Positions 27,078 through 41,288 of a stretch of 64,000 nucleotides of DNA are shown piece after piece. The position numbers and the translations under genes were made by a program. The DNA is from Eledone cirrhosa (taxonomy: Eukaryota). Under the pieces are notes generated by a model that was not told where the DNA came from, searched no databases, and saw nothing but the letters and a program-made list of their open reading frames with translations. Each line of letters starts with the position of its first letter. Positions within the stretch are counted from its first letter, which is position 1. The stretch covers positions 19,778,001-19,842,000 of the forward strand of contig OZ024750.1 in the NCBI GenBank assembly GCA_964016885.1. The letters are read 5' to 3'.

Positions 27078-27382
27078 AACGTTAGAGGAAAATAATGCTT
27101 CATTTCATTCTATCCTTTATTTGGTGTTTTGAAGTATATTCTAACATAGTTTGATATGATTTTAATATGTTTAAATATGAAATTATTGTGCCTAAGTTAA
27201 AGAACAATATATGCGAATATAATTCGGTCAGTTATTTCTATGATGGTACCTAAATATATGTATATGTGTCTGTTTATGTATGTGTGTATACATCTACGTT
27301 TAAATATATATATATATATATATATTTATTTATATATTTATATACACATAATACAAACACACACAGATACATATATATATAC

Positions 27383-27421
<39 letters not shown>

Positions 27422-27439
27422 TATATATATACATACGTG

Positions 27440-27519
<80 letters not shown>

Positions 27520-27538
27520 TATATACATACGTGTATAT

Positions 27539-27593
<55 letters not shown>

Positions 27594-28469
27594 AATAAAC
27601 ATGCGTATAACATTTACGAATTATTTTAATACCAAATCGATGTTCATACATAATGCTTATATATACAAACCACTCGATCTGTGTTCATCGCTTTCTGTAA
27701 CAAATTATACAACTATATAACCTTGTAACGAAGCTCTATAATATTTCATAACGGATTCAATTGCCTTAGGGCAAATCATACATCAAGTGGATCTCATAAA
27801 AAATTGTTTCTACATTGTGGATGATATAACGGCATGAATAAGTACAATTGTGTTTTGTCAGCGCATGTGATAAATTGGAAACTATTTTGAATCCGGGGTC
27901 AAATCCGCTGGGCTTTCTCATATCAGAAGTGTTACTCCAGCTAACTCAAATAAGTACGTACATACCAAAATTATGGACATCAAAAATAGTGATGAGTTTG
28001 ATACAGGTTGATAAAATGTTAAACATTTCAGTTTAGGTATTTCAGAATAGTATACAGATGTACAGAATGCTCTCTCATCTCTTTCTCACTCTCGCCGCCC
28101 CTATCTCTCTTTCTCAGTATAACGCTCTCTTCCTTTGTATTTATATCCATTTGTGTAGATGTCTGCCGTCTCTCATTTGTTATCCCTCTCTCTATCTTAC
28201 TCTGCTTTTCTTTCTGGCTGATTAAATGTTTGTTATCTCATTAACACACTTTCTTTCTCTCACCCCTTCCTGATCCTGTCTCTCCACTGTGTGTATGTAT
28301 GAAAGAGAGAGAGAGTGAGAGAGAGAGAGAGAAAAAGAGAGAGAGAGAGTGATAGGAGTTACAAGTTTAGACTAGTAAGACACAGTTTAGCTAAACACTC
28401 GATTATAAGGATCAGTGTAGGTATCGTAAAGAGATTACAATATATATATGAAACTAATTCTGCAAAAAA

Positions 28470-28541
28470 CATCTGATGAAATCGTCAAAGTCTTACGTCA
28501 TGATCAGATGATAAGGCTGGACGATGGAAATATGTATGGTG
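28470..28541 (+). ncRNA. Degenerate hammerhead with a long stem II
   Basis: CAT-CTGATGA-A-ATCGTC...GACGAT-G-GAAA-TATGTA-TG-GTG; the cleavage base is G. Confidence 0.45.
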
Positions 28542-28660
28542 CTATATGTATATAGAAAAACACACACACATGGTTCCCTACCACCACCCCACTCTCAAGA
28601 GCGTGAAACTAATAAACCTTTATTCGTACTGCCTCTCTGTTTTGTTCCCGTTCAAACTTT

Positions 28661-28708
<48 letters not shown>

Positions 28709-28713
<5 letters not shown>

Positions 28714-29030
28714 CAAGTTATCAATATTGTAGTAATAATATATCGTCACGTTAGAGACGAACAGCGTTCGTGTAGGTTTGCTCAACGAGTATAAATTATA
28801 TTCCGGAGAAAATGTAGAAAAGATGAATATAAAATGAAAGTGCTTTTATAAAGGATAACAAATGAGAGACGGCACACATCTACACAAATGGATATAAATA
28901 CAATGGAAGAGAGCGTTATACTGAGAGAGAGAGATAGGGGGGGGGGCGAGAGTGAGAAAGAGAGGAGAGAGCATTCTGTACATCTGTATACTATACCTTT
29001 ATAAAAGCACTTTCATTTTATATTCATCTT

Positions 29031-29035
<5 letters not shown>
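28709..29035. mobile_element. Fold-back element (paralogue of 37869-38227) whose centre is an inverted copy of host 28047-28185
   Basis: Element inverted repeats 28815-28854 and 28996-29035 enclose 28853-28994, which is the reverse complement of 28047-28185. Confidence 0.88.
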
Positions 29036-29084
<49 letters not shown>

Positions 29085-29123
29085 TTATTAAATAAATGTA
29101 AACAAAATGTATAAAACCATATT

Positions 29124-29184
29124 TATTCTATTAACTATATTTCATAGGTACCAACACTTTCGTACAGTTTCATCAGATAAAATA
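29124..29184 (-). ncRNA. Type I hammerhead (TATTTTAT family)
   Basis: Minus strand: TATTTTAT-CTGATGA-AACTGTAC...GTACCTAT-GAAA-TATAGT-TA-ATAGAATA. Confidence 0.7.
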
Positions 29185-29238
29185 CAAAGTTTGTCTTATA
29201 AGGTTTGACATAACCAAGAAAAGATACCTTAACGGTTC

Positions 29239-29326
<88 letters not shown>

Positions 29327-29804
29327 TGCCTGTGTGTATATACAATATCTATATGTCTGCTTGAACATATCCATATAATTATCTTCTAATCCTTCCTGAA
29401 TAGTATAGGCTTCTTGCTGGATATATCTTCATACTTATTAATCTTGATATTTTCTTTTACGCCTAGTGAGTTGAATCACGTATCATGTATCTATTCTTTA
29501 GATTTTTTACATGAACGTTATATTATGAAGCAAGAAAATGTGATTTAGTTTAGAGTTATACAAGTTATTTTTTACTAATATAACATTCATTATATCAGGT
29601 ATTGTATGGTGTTTGTTTTCTTATCTAATTCTTCTGTCTGACACCTGAGATTATTAAAAGTTTATGAATATTATATACTAATAATAACAATTACCAGCAA
29701 AATAATAGTAATTATAAATAGAAAAGTTGCTACAGTAATAATAACCGAAATATTTATAACAGAATCAACTACAATAATAGTAATCAAAATATTGTTGCAA
29801 ATTA

Positions 29805-30197
29805 TAATAATTGTTTCTACTTTTGGCACAAGGCCAGCAATTATCCCAGTGCATTACTGCTACTTTATTTTATCGACCCCGTAAGGATGAGAGGCAAAGT
29901 TAACCTTGACGGGATTTGAACTCAGATCATAAAGGGAGGTAACTCAATGCTTCAAAGTATGGCGTCCGACCCTCTACCCATACTGCCAATCCACCGCCCT
30001 ATATAATTGTTTCTACATTAGGCACAAGGCCAGCAATTACCCAGTGCATTACTGGTACTTTATTTTATCGACCACGTAAGGATGAAAGGCAAAATGGTTT
30101 CTTATATAGAGACACTACCAGCAATTCTGGTGGAGGGGAGAGTCAATTAAAATCGACCCCAGTGCGTGACTGGGACATTATTTCATCGACCCCGGAA
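29805..30197 (-). mobile_element. Three stacked SINE family A copies (one near-complete, two truncated)
   Basis: TAATTGTTTCTAC...GGCACAAGGCCAGCAATT at ~29808 and ~30004; a third piece at ~30100-30197. Confidence 0.85.
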
Positions 30198-30199
30198 AC

Positions 30200-30496
30200 A
30201 TGACAACAACATACATAGGCGAGACAGCTCGTAGCATAGGTGAAAGGATAGACCAACACTGGGGGGAACTAAAAGGACGAAAAAACGGTTCAGTACTATA
30301 CGAACATGCCAGACAACAACACGACGGTAACATAGACAACATAGAAATTAGAATAATATCTAAACATAGAAATGACCCAGCAGATAGGCAAAACAGAGAG
30401 GCCAGTGAAATTGAACTTAGAAGGCCAAGGCTAAACAGGAAGAATGAATGGAATAACAACACCCAAACAAACAACACTGACCTAAGAAAAGTATAA
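30200..30496 (+). pseudogene. Penelope-like element GIY-YIG endonuclease, C-terminal fragment
   Basis: TYIGETARSIGERIDQH...SVLYEHARQQH...RQNREASEIELRRPRLNRKNEW fits the YIGET-R...R..H...EA..I....LN motifs. 5'-truncated; no RT domain. Confidence 0.88.
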
Positions 30497-30755
30497 ATAA
30501 ATAAATAGATAAATAAATAAATAAATACATACACAAGCACAATAACAACAAACACATATACACACACACTAGTAAAGATAGAATACATTAACCAATACAC
30601 AGTCACCCAATCACGAACACATCAAACAAAACACTATACACACACGCAAACGCATGCGCAAAGAAGACAAAATAAAATAAACAAATAAATAAATATATAA
30701 ACAGACTAAATAAAGATGGCGTAGAAAATACAATGTAACGGGAGGAAACAATAGC

Positions 30756-30790
30756 ACCACTGAGGATGTTGCAGATGTGCAACGAAAGAA
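30756..30790 (+). ncRNA. Partial hammerhead motif downstream of the GIY-YIG ORF
   Basis: CTGAGGA-T-GTTGCA-GATG-TGCAAC-GAAA. Stems I and III could not be resolved by eye. Confidence 0.55.
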
Positions 30791-31002
30791 CTTTGATAAA
30801 CTATATATATGTGTTTGTGTCTATATTGTATCTGTATTATTTTTGACCGTTGGTCAGTCAATGGCAACAATGAGGACCGAATAAATTAGATTACCGATAT
30901 AAAAGGCACAGAAGCGAAAAGCGAAAACCAACCACACAGTGAGTGTCTTCTGTTATTAATTCTGGCAATATTACTCAAATATGACCCTCCCCAAGTATAA
31001 CA

Positions 31003-31042
<40 letters not shown>

Positions 31043-31048
<6 letters not shown>

Positions 31049-31762
31049 AGATCAAAAGATGGTTAAAGGAGTTCAATATATTTTATTATGCGCATTTCAA
31101 AAACAAACATCATCAAACAATAATATTTGTGTTTTCATCAGATAAAACAGGAGAACATGATATGAAGGCTAAAAAAACACTTGTTGATAGTGCAGTTTTA
31201 AATCAACATATGAAAAGTGGTTTTAGATTGATGTGTGATATTGGGAAAAATATTTTATTTAGAGAGGGGGGGAGAGAAAAGGATGAAAAGGGAAGGAGAT
31301 GAGAGGGAGAGATGGGTGATAGAGAGAAAGAGATAGTTTTTATAACAGAGAGGAGATATATTTTATATAGAGGGGTTGAAAACCGTTGGAAGATATTGTA
31401 TAAATTAAAAATTTTGAAAATTAACGAAGGGAGGATATGTGCGAGGAAAAAATATATTATATTTAGGGAGGGGTGGGGGTGGAAAGGATGAAAAAAAGGG
31501 GAGGAGATGAGAGTGAAGGTGGAAAGGGAGAGATGGGTGATAGAGAGAAAGAGATAGTTTTTATAACTGAGAAAAAGATATAATGTTTTAATATAGAGAG
31601 GTTGGGAACCGTTGGAAGATAATGTATAAATTAAAGGAATTTGAAAATTAACGAAGGGAAATTATGTATGGAGATAGAGAGAAAAAAATAACGAAGGGAG
31701 ATTATGTATGGAGATATCCGATATCTGCATTGCTTTATTGTACTACAATAAAACTCACCTCC

Positions 31763-31765
<3 letters not shown>
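31043..31765 (-). mobile_element. Longer copy of the 26.3-kb HHR family: HHR 31081-31147, ~200-bp purine-rich tandem repeats, inverted tail
   Basis: Minus strand: TTTTAT-CTGATGA-AAAC...TTTT-GAAA-TGCGCA-TA-ATAAAA. Repeats start at ~31245 and ~31446. 31717-31765 is the reverse complement of 26211-26267. Confidence 0.8.
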
Positions 31766-31835
<70 letters not shown>

Positions 31836-31845
31836 TAATATATAC

Positions 31846-31887
<42 letters not shown>

Positions 31888-32689
31888 GCCTGATTATGTT
31901 GCCACCCAGCAGCATTGAATCCGAAACCTAGATTATATCCATTTCTTTCTGTTTTGTGGTGCATAAAATATATTTGTATGTGGCATGTTTAAAATTCGTG
32001 TATGTTCTTTAAAATGTTACATTTGCATTACCATACGCCCATATCATACTAATAAGGTCTGAAAGGATTTTCGTTGCCAACAAAATTGGAAACACCTACA
32101 AGCACACACTCGAACCCACAAACAAACAGACACACACCGACAAAGACACACACTCACACACACACACACACGCACACACACACACACACACCCACACCCA
32201 CACACACACACACACACATACATACACACACACGCACGCACACATACATACACGCACACACACACATACACACACACACACACGCACGCACGCACACACA
32301 CACACACCCACACACACACACACACACATACACACACACACACGCACGCACACATACATACACGCACACACACACATACACACACACATACACACACACA
32401 CTACACAACCATATATATGTATGTATATATAAATGGAAAAGTATAATAATAGACAAATGCTGATTGCTGTAGAATTATACTCGATAATACGCGTGATATG
32501 ATATTTCGATACTTCGATTAATTGATAATGATCAATTTTATTTAAGGAATTGTTCAGGTCATGTTATTATTATTTTATTTAACAATTGTTTTTATTAATT
32601 AAGAGTATTTTATGACAAGTTGGGTCTCAAAACTTTAATGCAACAGACCATAAAACATTCGAACACACGCATATGCATACACACACATA

Positions 32690-32757
<68 letters not shown>

Positions 32758-32806
32758 AAATAAAGTTAAATAAAAGTCAAATGATTAAAATTTAGCTTCG
32801 TTTATT

Positions 32807-32861
32807 ACTGCTATATATATTTCAGTGACAGCCATCTTTGGCTGTGACCTCTTCAGGCAGT
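32807..32861 (-). ncRNA. Minimal type I hammerhead (ACTGC/GCAGT family)
   Basis: Minus strand: ACTGC-CTGAAGA-GGTCACAGCC-AAAGAT-GGCTGTCACT-GAAA-TATATA-TA-GCAGT. Confidence 0.88.
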
Positions 32862-33220
32862 TTGAATTAGTATGGTATAGACAAGTACATATGTTGTTTA
32901 GGTGTATGATATTGTCAATACTCTGATATGCCCAGTTCCTTGTTGGGTTGTTAATTCACTGGGGAACTGGAGTCATATCTATATATATATATATATATAG
33001 TGAGAAAGAGAGAGATAGAAACATAGATACATAGATTGATATATAGATACACATACACAAAGAAATTTACACTTGAACGAACACGTAACCGATGAGAGAA
33101 TGATTACTTGTTCGATTATTAGAGAAGTTAATAATATATAAAGGGATCAATATATTCATTTATCGAACAGCAGCCAATACGCAGCCATATACTGTCCCAT
33201 TCTTCTCCGTCTTCTCTCCC

Positions 33221-33358
<138 letters not shown>

Positions 33359-33384
33359 TGTGTATATCTATATATATATATATA

Positions 33385-33419
<35 letters not shown>

Positions 33420-34322
33420 CGGAGTCGTTAGAGCATCAAACACACTGTATAACATTATTTGATACGATTCTGTATGTTCTGTGTTCAAATATCTATGAGG
33501 CAAACTTTGACTCCCATCTTTCCGGGGTCTGATAAATATTTATCATGGTGACTTATCTCCCCCTTTTGTAAGAAACATTTTTTTTAATTTTTAAATCATT
33601 TGAATTTGTGCATTCAATGATCTAAACTTTAATTTAAGACTTCAACATTATGGATTGTGAAATTTTGGTTCTCTCTTCTCCGATTTCACACTCCTTCATT
33701 GGATAAAATTCTAGATTAATTGTATGAGAAAGTAATTAATGAACAATGTTGGGTAAGAACACAAGACTATGGGATTAGAAAGCAAAATTATTGTAGAACA
33801 TGACCGACATAGAATATTCATTGCATATATATGCTTTCGTCTGTATTTATTTGTATGGTACAATTTTAAAACCCCATAGGCAGATAAATATAAATAAATA
33901 TGAAAACTCTCATAACGTTGTATTATATTTGATTTTCAGGTTTTTTCTAGTGCATCTCCCTACATTGATATTATCCAACGAGATTTTACACAATACTTTC
34001 GATTTTGATTGATGTTCGTTTTTCATATATTTTCCACTGTGACTAACTATATATTTCTATACCTATTCTATTGCTCCATTTCCCTATATATTTAATGTAA
34101 GTTACTAATTTGGTGTTGTAAAATTTTCCAATCGGTTGAGGCATGTATAAATAGTTATATATCTTCATTTGCATAATGCTCCACATAATTCCAAATAGTG
34201 TATCCATTTTGCCTAGTCTGAATGATTGATATAATGCTTCACAGTATTAGTACTAGCTTTCGTCTAGTTGCCAATGTTTCCTCTATTCCTTTGAACATTT
34301 TTCGTTCATCTATCCTCTATAT

Positions 34323-34433
34323 TTCTTCTTCTTCTTCTTCTTCTTCTTCTTCTTCTTCTTCTTCTTCTTCTTCTTCTTCTTCTTCTTCTTCTTCTTCTTC
34401 TTCTTCTTCTTCTTCTTCTTCTTCTTCTTCTTC
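34323..34433. repeat. (TCT)n microsatellite
   Basis: Read directly. Confidence 0.97.
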
Positions 34434-35449
34434 ACACACAAACTCATATCTGCCTCTCTCTCCTCACATACACGAACAATAAAACACAAGTTTACCGTTT
34501 TAAGACGTTTCATCTCAATTATTTGTTCAATTATCACTTCCTTCCTGCTCCCTATAATATAAAACTGAACATTCTCATGCTTAATGAATATATGTGGTGT
34601 TTACGTCTACTTACGTATAAGATTGACCAAGGTTTCTTTATTTTTGAACGCAAGTTTGCTTAAGCGTTTAAGATACTCTAATACAGTCATTTATCATTAA
34701 GTATAGCTGCTCATTGATCCATGCCGTATGAGTGAAATTGTGTAGACAAATTGTTTGGTAACCCACAAAGTGTAATATTGTTATATTTCATAGGGACAGA
34801 TATATCACACAATGTTACGATGAATCGTTTTGTGAATTTACATTTGAGTGAGGGAACACCATGTTTAGAAATTTCAGACATAAACATGTTAATTTATCGA
34901 GACGGCTGTTCCATTGATCGAACGGGAATGTGTTCGAAACACAGGAAAATCTGTCCCTATCCTACACTAAATATTAAGTTATGTTTTATACATAAGAGAG
35001 TCAGCTCAGAGCCTGGAGAATGTTCCAATCAACAAAATCGCATATATATTAGTAAATATGTTATTGGTTTCTGTCGAAATATATTCAAGTTTATTCATTT
35101 ATATGACTACAGATTCTGTCTCATGATTGAAAATAAAACTAAGAAGAATGATTTTGATTTATTTATTATGCTAATGAATAAATGTGATACATCTTTTTTA
35201 ATGCTCACCGCATTTACTTGTTTTTCTGAACATCAATTTACAAATATATTCTCTTGAAAGTAAATTTAAAGACAAATATAATAATCCATACCTGGAATGT
35301 TATTAGTTGAAGGATTTATAGATTTTAATATATTTCCCGGTGCCATGTTCTTTTGTTAAACTTGACAAACGCGTCAATATATTATATATATTTATTTAGC
35401 ATTCCGCTTTTTATTTAACATGAAAATATAGTTGTGCAAAGTAAAGTGT

Positions 35450-35551
<102 letters not shown>

Positions 35552-35563
35552 ATATATATATAT

Positions 35564-35678
<115 letters not shown>

Positions 35679-35742
35679 TATATATATTAATATATATATA
35701 TATATATATTAATATATATATTAATATATATATATATATATA

Positions 35743-35834
<92 letters not shown>

Positions 35835-36596
35835 TATGTATATGAGACTCCAAGAAAATAATGATAATAATAATATATGACTCGTTCTATTATACAAAAA
35901 TGGAAAATGTAAACTTTATTGTTTTTAAAGCTTGTTGGTTCTGAATAAAAATCTATTAAGAAATATGAAAGTCGTCTTAGAATTTTGATGGAACTATTCA
36001 ATTTATCGACAGAAAGAAATTATTCCAAAGAAATACAATTTAATATCAAAGCAATTCACTTGTCTTAATAGTCGCAATAAAAAAATAAAACCCCCAAATG
36101 AAAGAAATATATATTAAATTCACTTGTGCTGAAATTACATGTTGATCGTATTGATACTGGTGAATGCATGACAAAAAATCAAAAAGCAACAACACATAAG
36201 TAACATGCAAAAACTGAAAATGTATAAAGCTTTCAAAAATGACGATGAACAACAAAAGCGGTATACCATTTATAAGAAAAATATATTGCGATTCAATATT
36301 ATGAACAGTGTAACAACAATAATTACAAATCAGATTAAAAGATATGGTCTATAAAATAATAGTAACAACATAACACCAACTACAATATCAACTGCAACAA
36401 CAAAATAAAATTGACTTCAAATTATAGAAGAGAAAAACAAAAAAATCAAATGGAATCTTAAACGGGATGAATATATGCTGGCGAAAATTGAAGAACACAA
36501 GTTAAAATAAAACAGGAGCTCATTCGTGAGAGGAAGGAATAGGTAAATATGAAAATAGCAGAATTGAAAAAAAAAACATCAACAAAAACAACAGCT

Positions 36597-36597
36597 G

Positions 36598-36678
<81 letters not shown>
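36597..36678. repeat. (CTA)n microsatellite
   Basis: Read directly. Confidence 0.97.
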
Positions 36679-36762
36679 AGTATACATATATATGTACATA
36701 CATATAAATATATATATATATAAATATATATACATATAAATATATAATTATATATATATATA

Positions 36763-36834
<72 letters not shown>

Positions 36835-37821
36835 CATACATGATATTTATATACAGTATATACTTATATACATAGGAATTAATATTAAACATGAATATCG
36901 TAAAAAGGTAATAACAACAATATTATTAACCAGACGAACATCTGACAAGTGGAATAAACAAAAAAATATATTCATATTACTAATGTATCAGCAACTCCTG
37001 AATCATACTCTAAAGAAATATTTCATTCCATTGAATTAACGCAATATTTGTCATCCATTTTGTGTTTTTTTCAAAATATGGTTATTTTATTGGTTGATTT
37101 ACTTTCAATTTTATACACCTTTCTATTGGTACATTTTTATATTATTTGTAAGATCTTCGCATGAATGTTATTATTATAGCATAAATAGAACTCTATTCTC
37201 GAGATAATGTTTGACGTTTCTATATGAATGCTAATATTTCTTTCAGGAGTAAATAAATATCTTTACAAACATTCTATTGAAATGTACTCTTATGGAACCT
37301 ATTCATGTATTATTATTATTTAATATCTTTTGTTTTGTCTTTTTCTGTTTCTATGATTCCTCCCTTAAAATGTACGAGAATTCAATGAAACAATTGTTCG
37401 TAAATATAAAAAAGATATATAGAGCAATTCTTCTGGTTTACACGGAAAGCAGGCGCTGTATTAAACATTACACTTTCTTGCGTGATTTCAACTAAATACC
37501 ATTTTTCTTTCATCAATAGCTTTGTACAATACATTTAAAGGTTAAGACTAATGTTCCTCCCAGGACGTACATATATGTATACAAATACATAATAAAATAT
37601 ACATAGATTAGAGTATGCATATATATGTGTACGTGTATATATGTAATGGAGTAAATTGCATATTAATATTAATAGGTGCAATGTGATATATGTAAATTCA
37701 GATGAAATATTTACAATATGGAAGAAACACGTTTTTCTCTGTCACTCACTCTATATTCCATTCTTTCATCCGGTCTTTTTTCTTTTTTGTCATCCCTCTC
37801 TCTCTATCTCACTGCCTCTCG

Positions 37822-37868
<47 letters not shown>

Positions 37869-37871
<3 letters not shown>

Positions 37872-38227
37872 TTCAAGTTAGCAATAATGTAGTGATAATA
37901 TATCGTCACGTTAGAGATGAACAGCGTACGTGTAGGTTTGCTCAACGAGTATAAATTATATTCCGGAGAAAATGTAGAAAAGATGAATATAAAATGAAAG
38001 TGCTTTTATAAAGGAATTTATTAGGTATTGACATATGTTTCTGTAACAGAATTTATCCAATATCTCTGAAGAAGTGACAACTAATTATACATTTGCTATC
38101 GAATACTTGCTAACATTATATGATTACGCAAGCAGCGATACATAGGTATTCCGTCTGTTACAGAAACATATGTCAATACCTAATAAATTCCTTTATAAAA
38201 GCACTTTCATTTTATATTCATCTTTTC
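37869..38227. mobile_element. Fold-back element with hammerhead 3' halves in both arms
   Basis: Arms 37977-38050 and 38154-38227 contain GAAA-CATATG-TC-AATACCT (palindromic stem III). No intact CUGANGA is in register. Confidence 0.7.
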
Positions 38228-38400
38228 GATATATATATACAGTATTAAGGATACTATTTATGGTTATGTATATACTAAAACTTTTTATAGTTATATATAT
38301 TTTAAACTCTAAACAGTGAAAGACAGTAATTAATTACTACCTTATTACCAGTAAGATAAATAGCTCAATGTAATAACATCAGTTGTTCTACAGAGCAGTT

Positions 38401-39585
38401 ATATAGAAATTACATGAATCAAAGTTCTGTTCAAACCATTTATTAGCTTACAATTATTTCGTCCAAACCAAGGTTTGGAGTCTTCGGAGCAATCTTTCAA
38501 TGATTGTTTTCATACATGACCTCCTTTTCAACACAAGAGACATACAGAAACATATGTATATATCGATGCATAGTGGGGTGATATCCATTATAATATTTTA
38601 GCATGGCAATTTACATCAAAAATGAAAATCATATTAAAAGAAAATTAAAACAAAATTAAAGTTAAAATACAACATCGGGAGTTTACGAAGATAATGCAAG
38701 TGTATAGTTTGAAGTAGTTAGTGTATTCAATAATTACACGTGGGGCATCCACGTGTGTCTTATTTATATAAGATTATTGTGCGGCAAGGTGTTATATGCA
38801 ATACAAGCACTTTAAGCGGGCAATCAAGAGTATTATGGGGGTTGTATTGGTAAAGTATTTTTTATGTATGATAAAGAAGCTTGTGTGCAGAGAAATATTA
38901 AAAGTGAGAAGAAAAGTAATGTTATGGTTTTCGTATACACCACCATTTTCACAATCCAGGAAACGTAATATATAGATTATATGTCCTTCACATAATCAAC
39001 GATGATTCAGTATTGGATGCTTGATGTATTAGGTTAGATTATTACAGCTTGTTGTTCTTTAATCCGATTTTATAGAGCAGGTTGTTTTTGTTGCGAGAAT
39101 TTACATCGTTTTATTTTCCGGAAGTGTGTGTGTGACTAAGGGGAGTTAATGCGTGAGGGGAGGTAACTAACTGATTTCTATAGATAAATTTATTATTCCA
39201 ATGTACATTATAATCTTATATAAATAAGACACACGTGCATGCCCCACGTGAAACTATTGCATACACTAACTACTTCAAACTATCCTCTTGCATTATCTTC
39301 GTAAACTGCCGATGTTGTATTTTAACTTTTATTTTGTTTTAATTTTCTTTTAATATGATTTTAATTTTTGAATGTAAATTGCCATGCTAAAATATTATAA
39401 TGGATGTCACCCCACTATGCATCGATATATACATATGTTTCTGTATGTCTCTTGTGTTGAAAAGGAGATCATGTATGTAAACAATCACTGAAAGATTGCT
39501 CCGAAGACTCCAAACCTCGGTTTGGACAAAACAATTGTACGCTAATAAATGGTTTGAACAGAACTTTGATTCATGTAATTTCTAT
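38401..39585. mobile_element. ~375-bp inverted repeats, each with a CCGAAGA-core hammerhead-like motif
   Basis: 38401-38778 versus 39210-39585. Motifs at 38446-38490 (-): GCT-CCGAAGA-CTCCAAACC-TT-GGTTTGGAC-GAAA-TAATTG-TA-AGC, and at 39498-39543 (+). Confidence 0.75.
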
Positions 39586-40253
39586 ATATATATATATATA
39601 TATATATGTATACCCATAGTAAAATGTGACAATATTATGCCATGAATCTATACGGCTAATTGATGATCCCACCTAATTTATGAATGCAGGTGCGACACTT
39701 ATTTCAATAATAAATGCACAAGATTAATGGGAAAATTTAAGACATTTCATTAGACTAACATTCATTTCAACAAGAGCCTATATGAAATAAGTAAATGGCA
39801 AGAATTTTGTTTAAGCTATTTTTTTACTATATAAAATATGTCCTTATCCGAAATTACCAGCATTAAATCGAACATCCCAAATCATGATGATCACTGAAAA
39901 CAATGCATTATTAATTGGTTTAGATTAAATTACAAGAAACATGTTATGTTTGTTTTTGCTCGTTGTGTTATACAGACATAAATAAAGAATAAAGTAAACG
40001 AGTGGCTTTATGTTAAGTTTTTGATGTAAGTTAGAAATTTAAGAGGTTAAAGAGAAATAACGACGTAATACTTAAAATTGATTATAATTGTATCTAACCC
40101 TTTTAGGAGGTATATATATATGTTTCATATTATCTTTGAATTATCTGTATAAATTCATAACTGTTGCGAATTCAACAGACATAATTAAAATAGAGAACAT
40201 CAAAAATATATTATAATTCATTCAGTTTACGTGGCAGATATTTCACCAATATT

Positions 40254-40352
40254 ATAATTGTTTCTACGTTAGACACAAGGCCAGCAAATCACCAGTGCAT
40301 TACTGGTACTTTATTTTATCGATCCCGTAAGGATGAAAGGCAAAATTAACCT
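40254..40352 (-). mobile_element. 5'-truncated SINE family A
   Basis: Family A 3' half flanked by a TCACCAATA duplication. Confidence 0.8.
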
Positions 40353-40465
40353 CACCAATATAATCATACATGCTATTTCGAGTGACAATTACATGTAATA
40401 TTTTTCTGAAGGTACTAAACTGTTGTTAATTGTAGCTTTATCCTGTTATTCGGGTGCACGCACCC

Positions 40466-40539
<74 letters not shown>

Positions 40540-40569
40540 AATATATATATATATATTAATATAAATATA

Positions 40570-40648
<79 letters not shown>

Positions 40649-40804
40649 AATTTATACATATATATTATACATATATGTATATATATATGTATATATATAT
40701 AAGTATTAAGTTGTTAAACAATATTCGAAGATTATGTCAAAGAATGAGGAATGAGTTTTACAGTAGATTAGAAGCACTCAACGATATAACTTTCAGAAGT
40801 TAGT

Positions 40805-41129
40805 AATATTAAAATATAAGTATTAATAAAATAGATGTTCTTTTGATCGAGTACATTTTATTATACATATTTCGGATGTACATTAGTTCGTCCTCATCAG
40901 ACAAAATATAATGATACATGACATACCCTGAGATGTTAAATGGTTAAGATTTAATGGTTAAGATTTAATGAAGATAGTACAACCTTGATTAAATCTTAAC
41001 CATTTAATAACTCAGGGTATGTCATGTATCATTATATTTTGTCTGATGAGGACGTACTGTTGTACATCCGAAATATGTATAATAAAATGTAATTGATCAA
41101 AAGAATATCTATTATATTAATGTTATATA

Positions 41130-41137
<8 letters not shown>
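40805..41137. mobile_element. Palindromic element with two divergent hammerheads
   Basis: Arms ~40805-40953 and ~40988-41137; HHRs at 40852-40910 (-) and 41031-41093 (+). Confidence 0.88.
41031..41093 (+). ncRNA. Type I hammerhead ribozyme
   Basis: ATTATATTTTGT-CTGATGA-GGACGTAC-TGTT-GTACATCC-GAAA-TATGTA-TA-ATAAAATGTAAT; 12-bp stem I. Confidence 0.9.
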
Positions 41138-41211
<74 letters not shown>

Positions 41212-41251
41212 AAAGGTATATTAGGTTAACGCTTGAAATAGCAGGAAGAGG

Positions 41252-41288
41252 CTCTTAAGGTTTCGGACGCTAATACCTCATCAGAAAA
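41252..41288 (-). ncRNA. Weak minimal hammerhead-like motif
   Basis: Minus strand: TTTT-CTGATGA-GG...CC-GAAA-CCT-TA-AGAG; stems are short. Confidence 0.5.
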
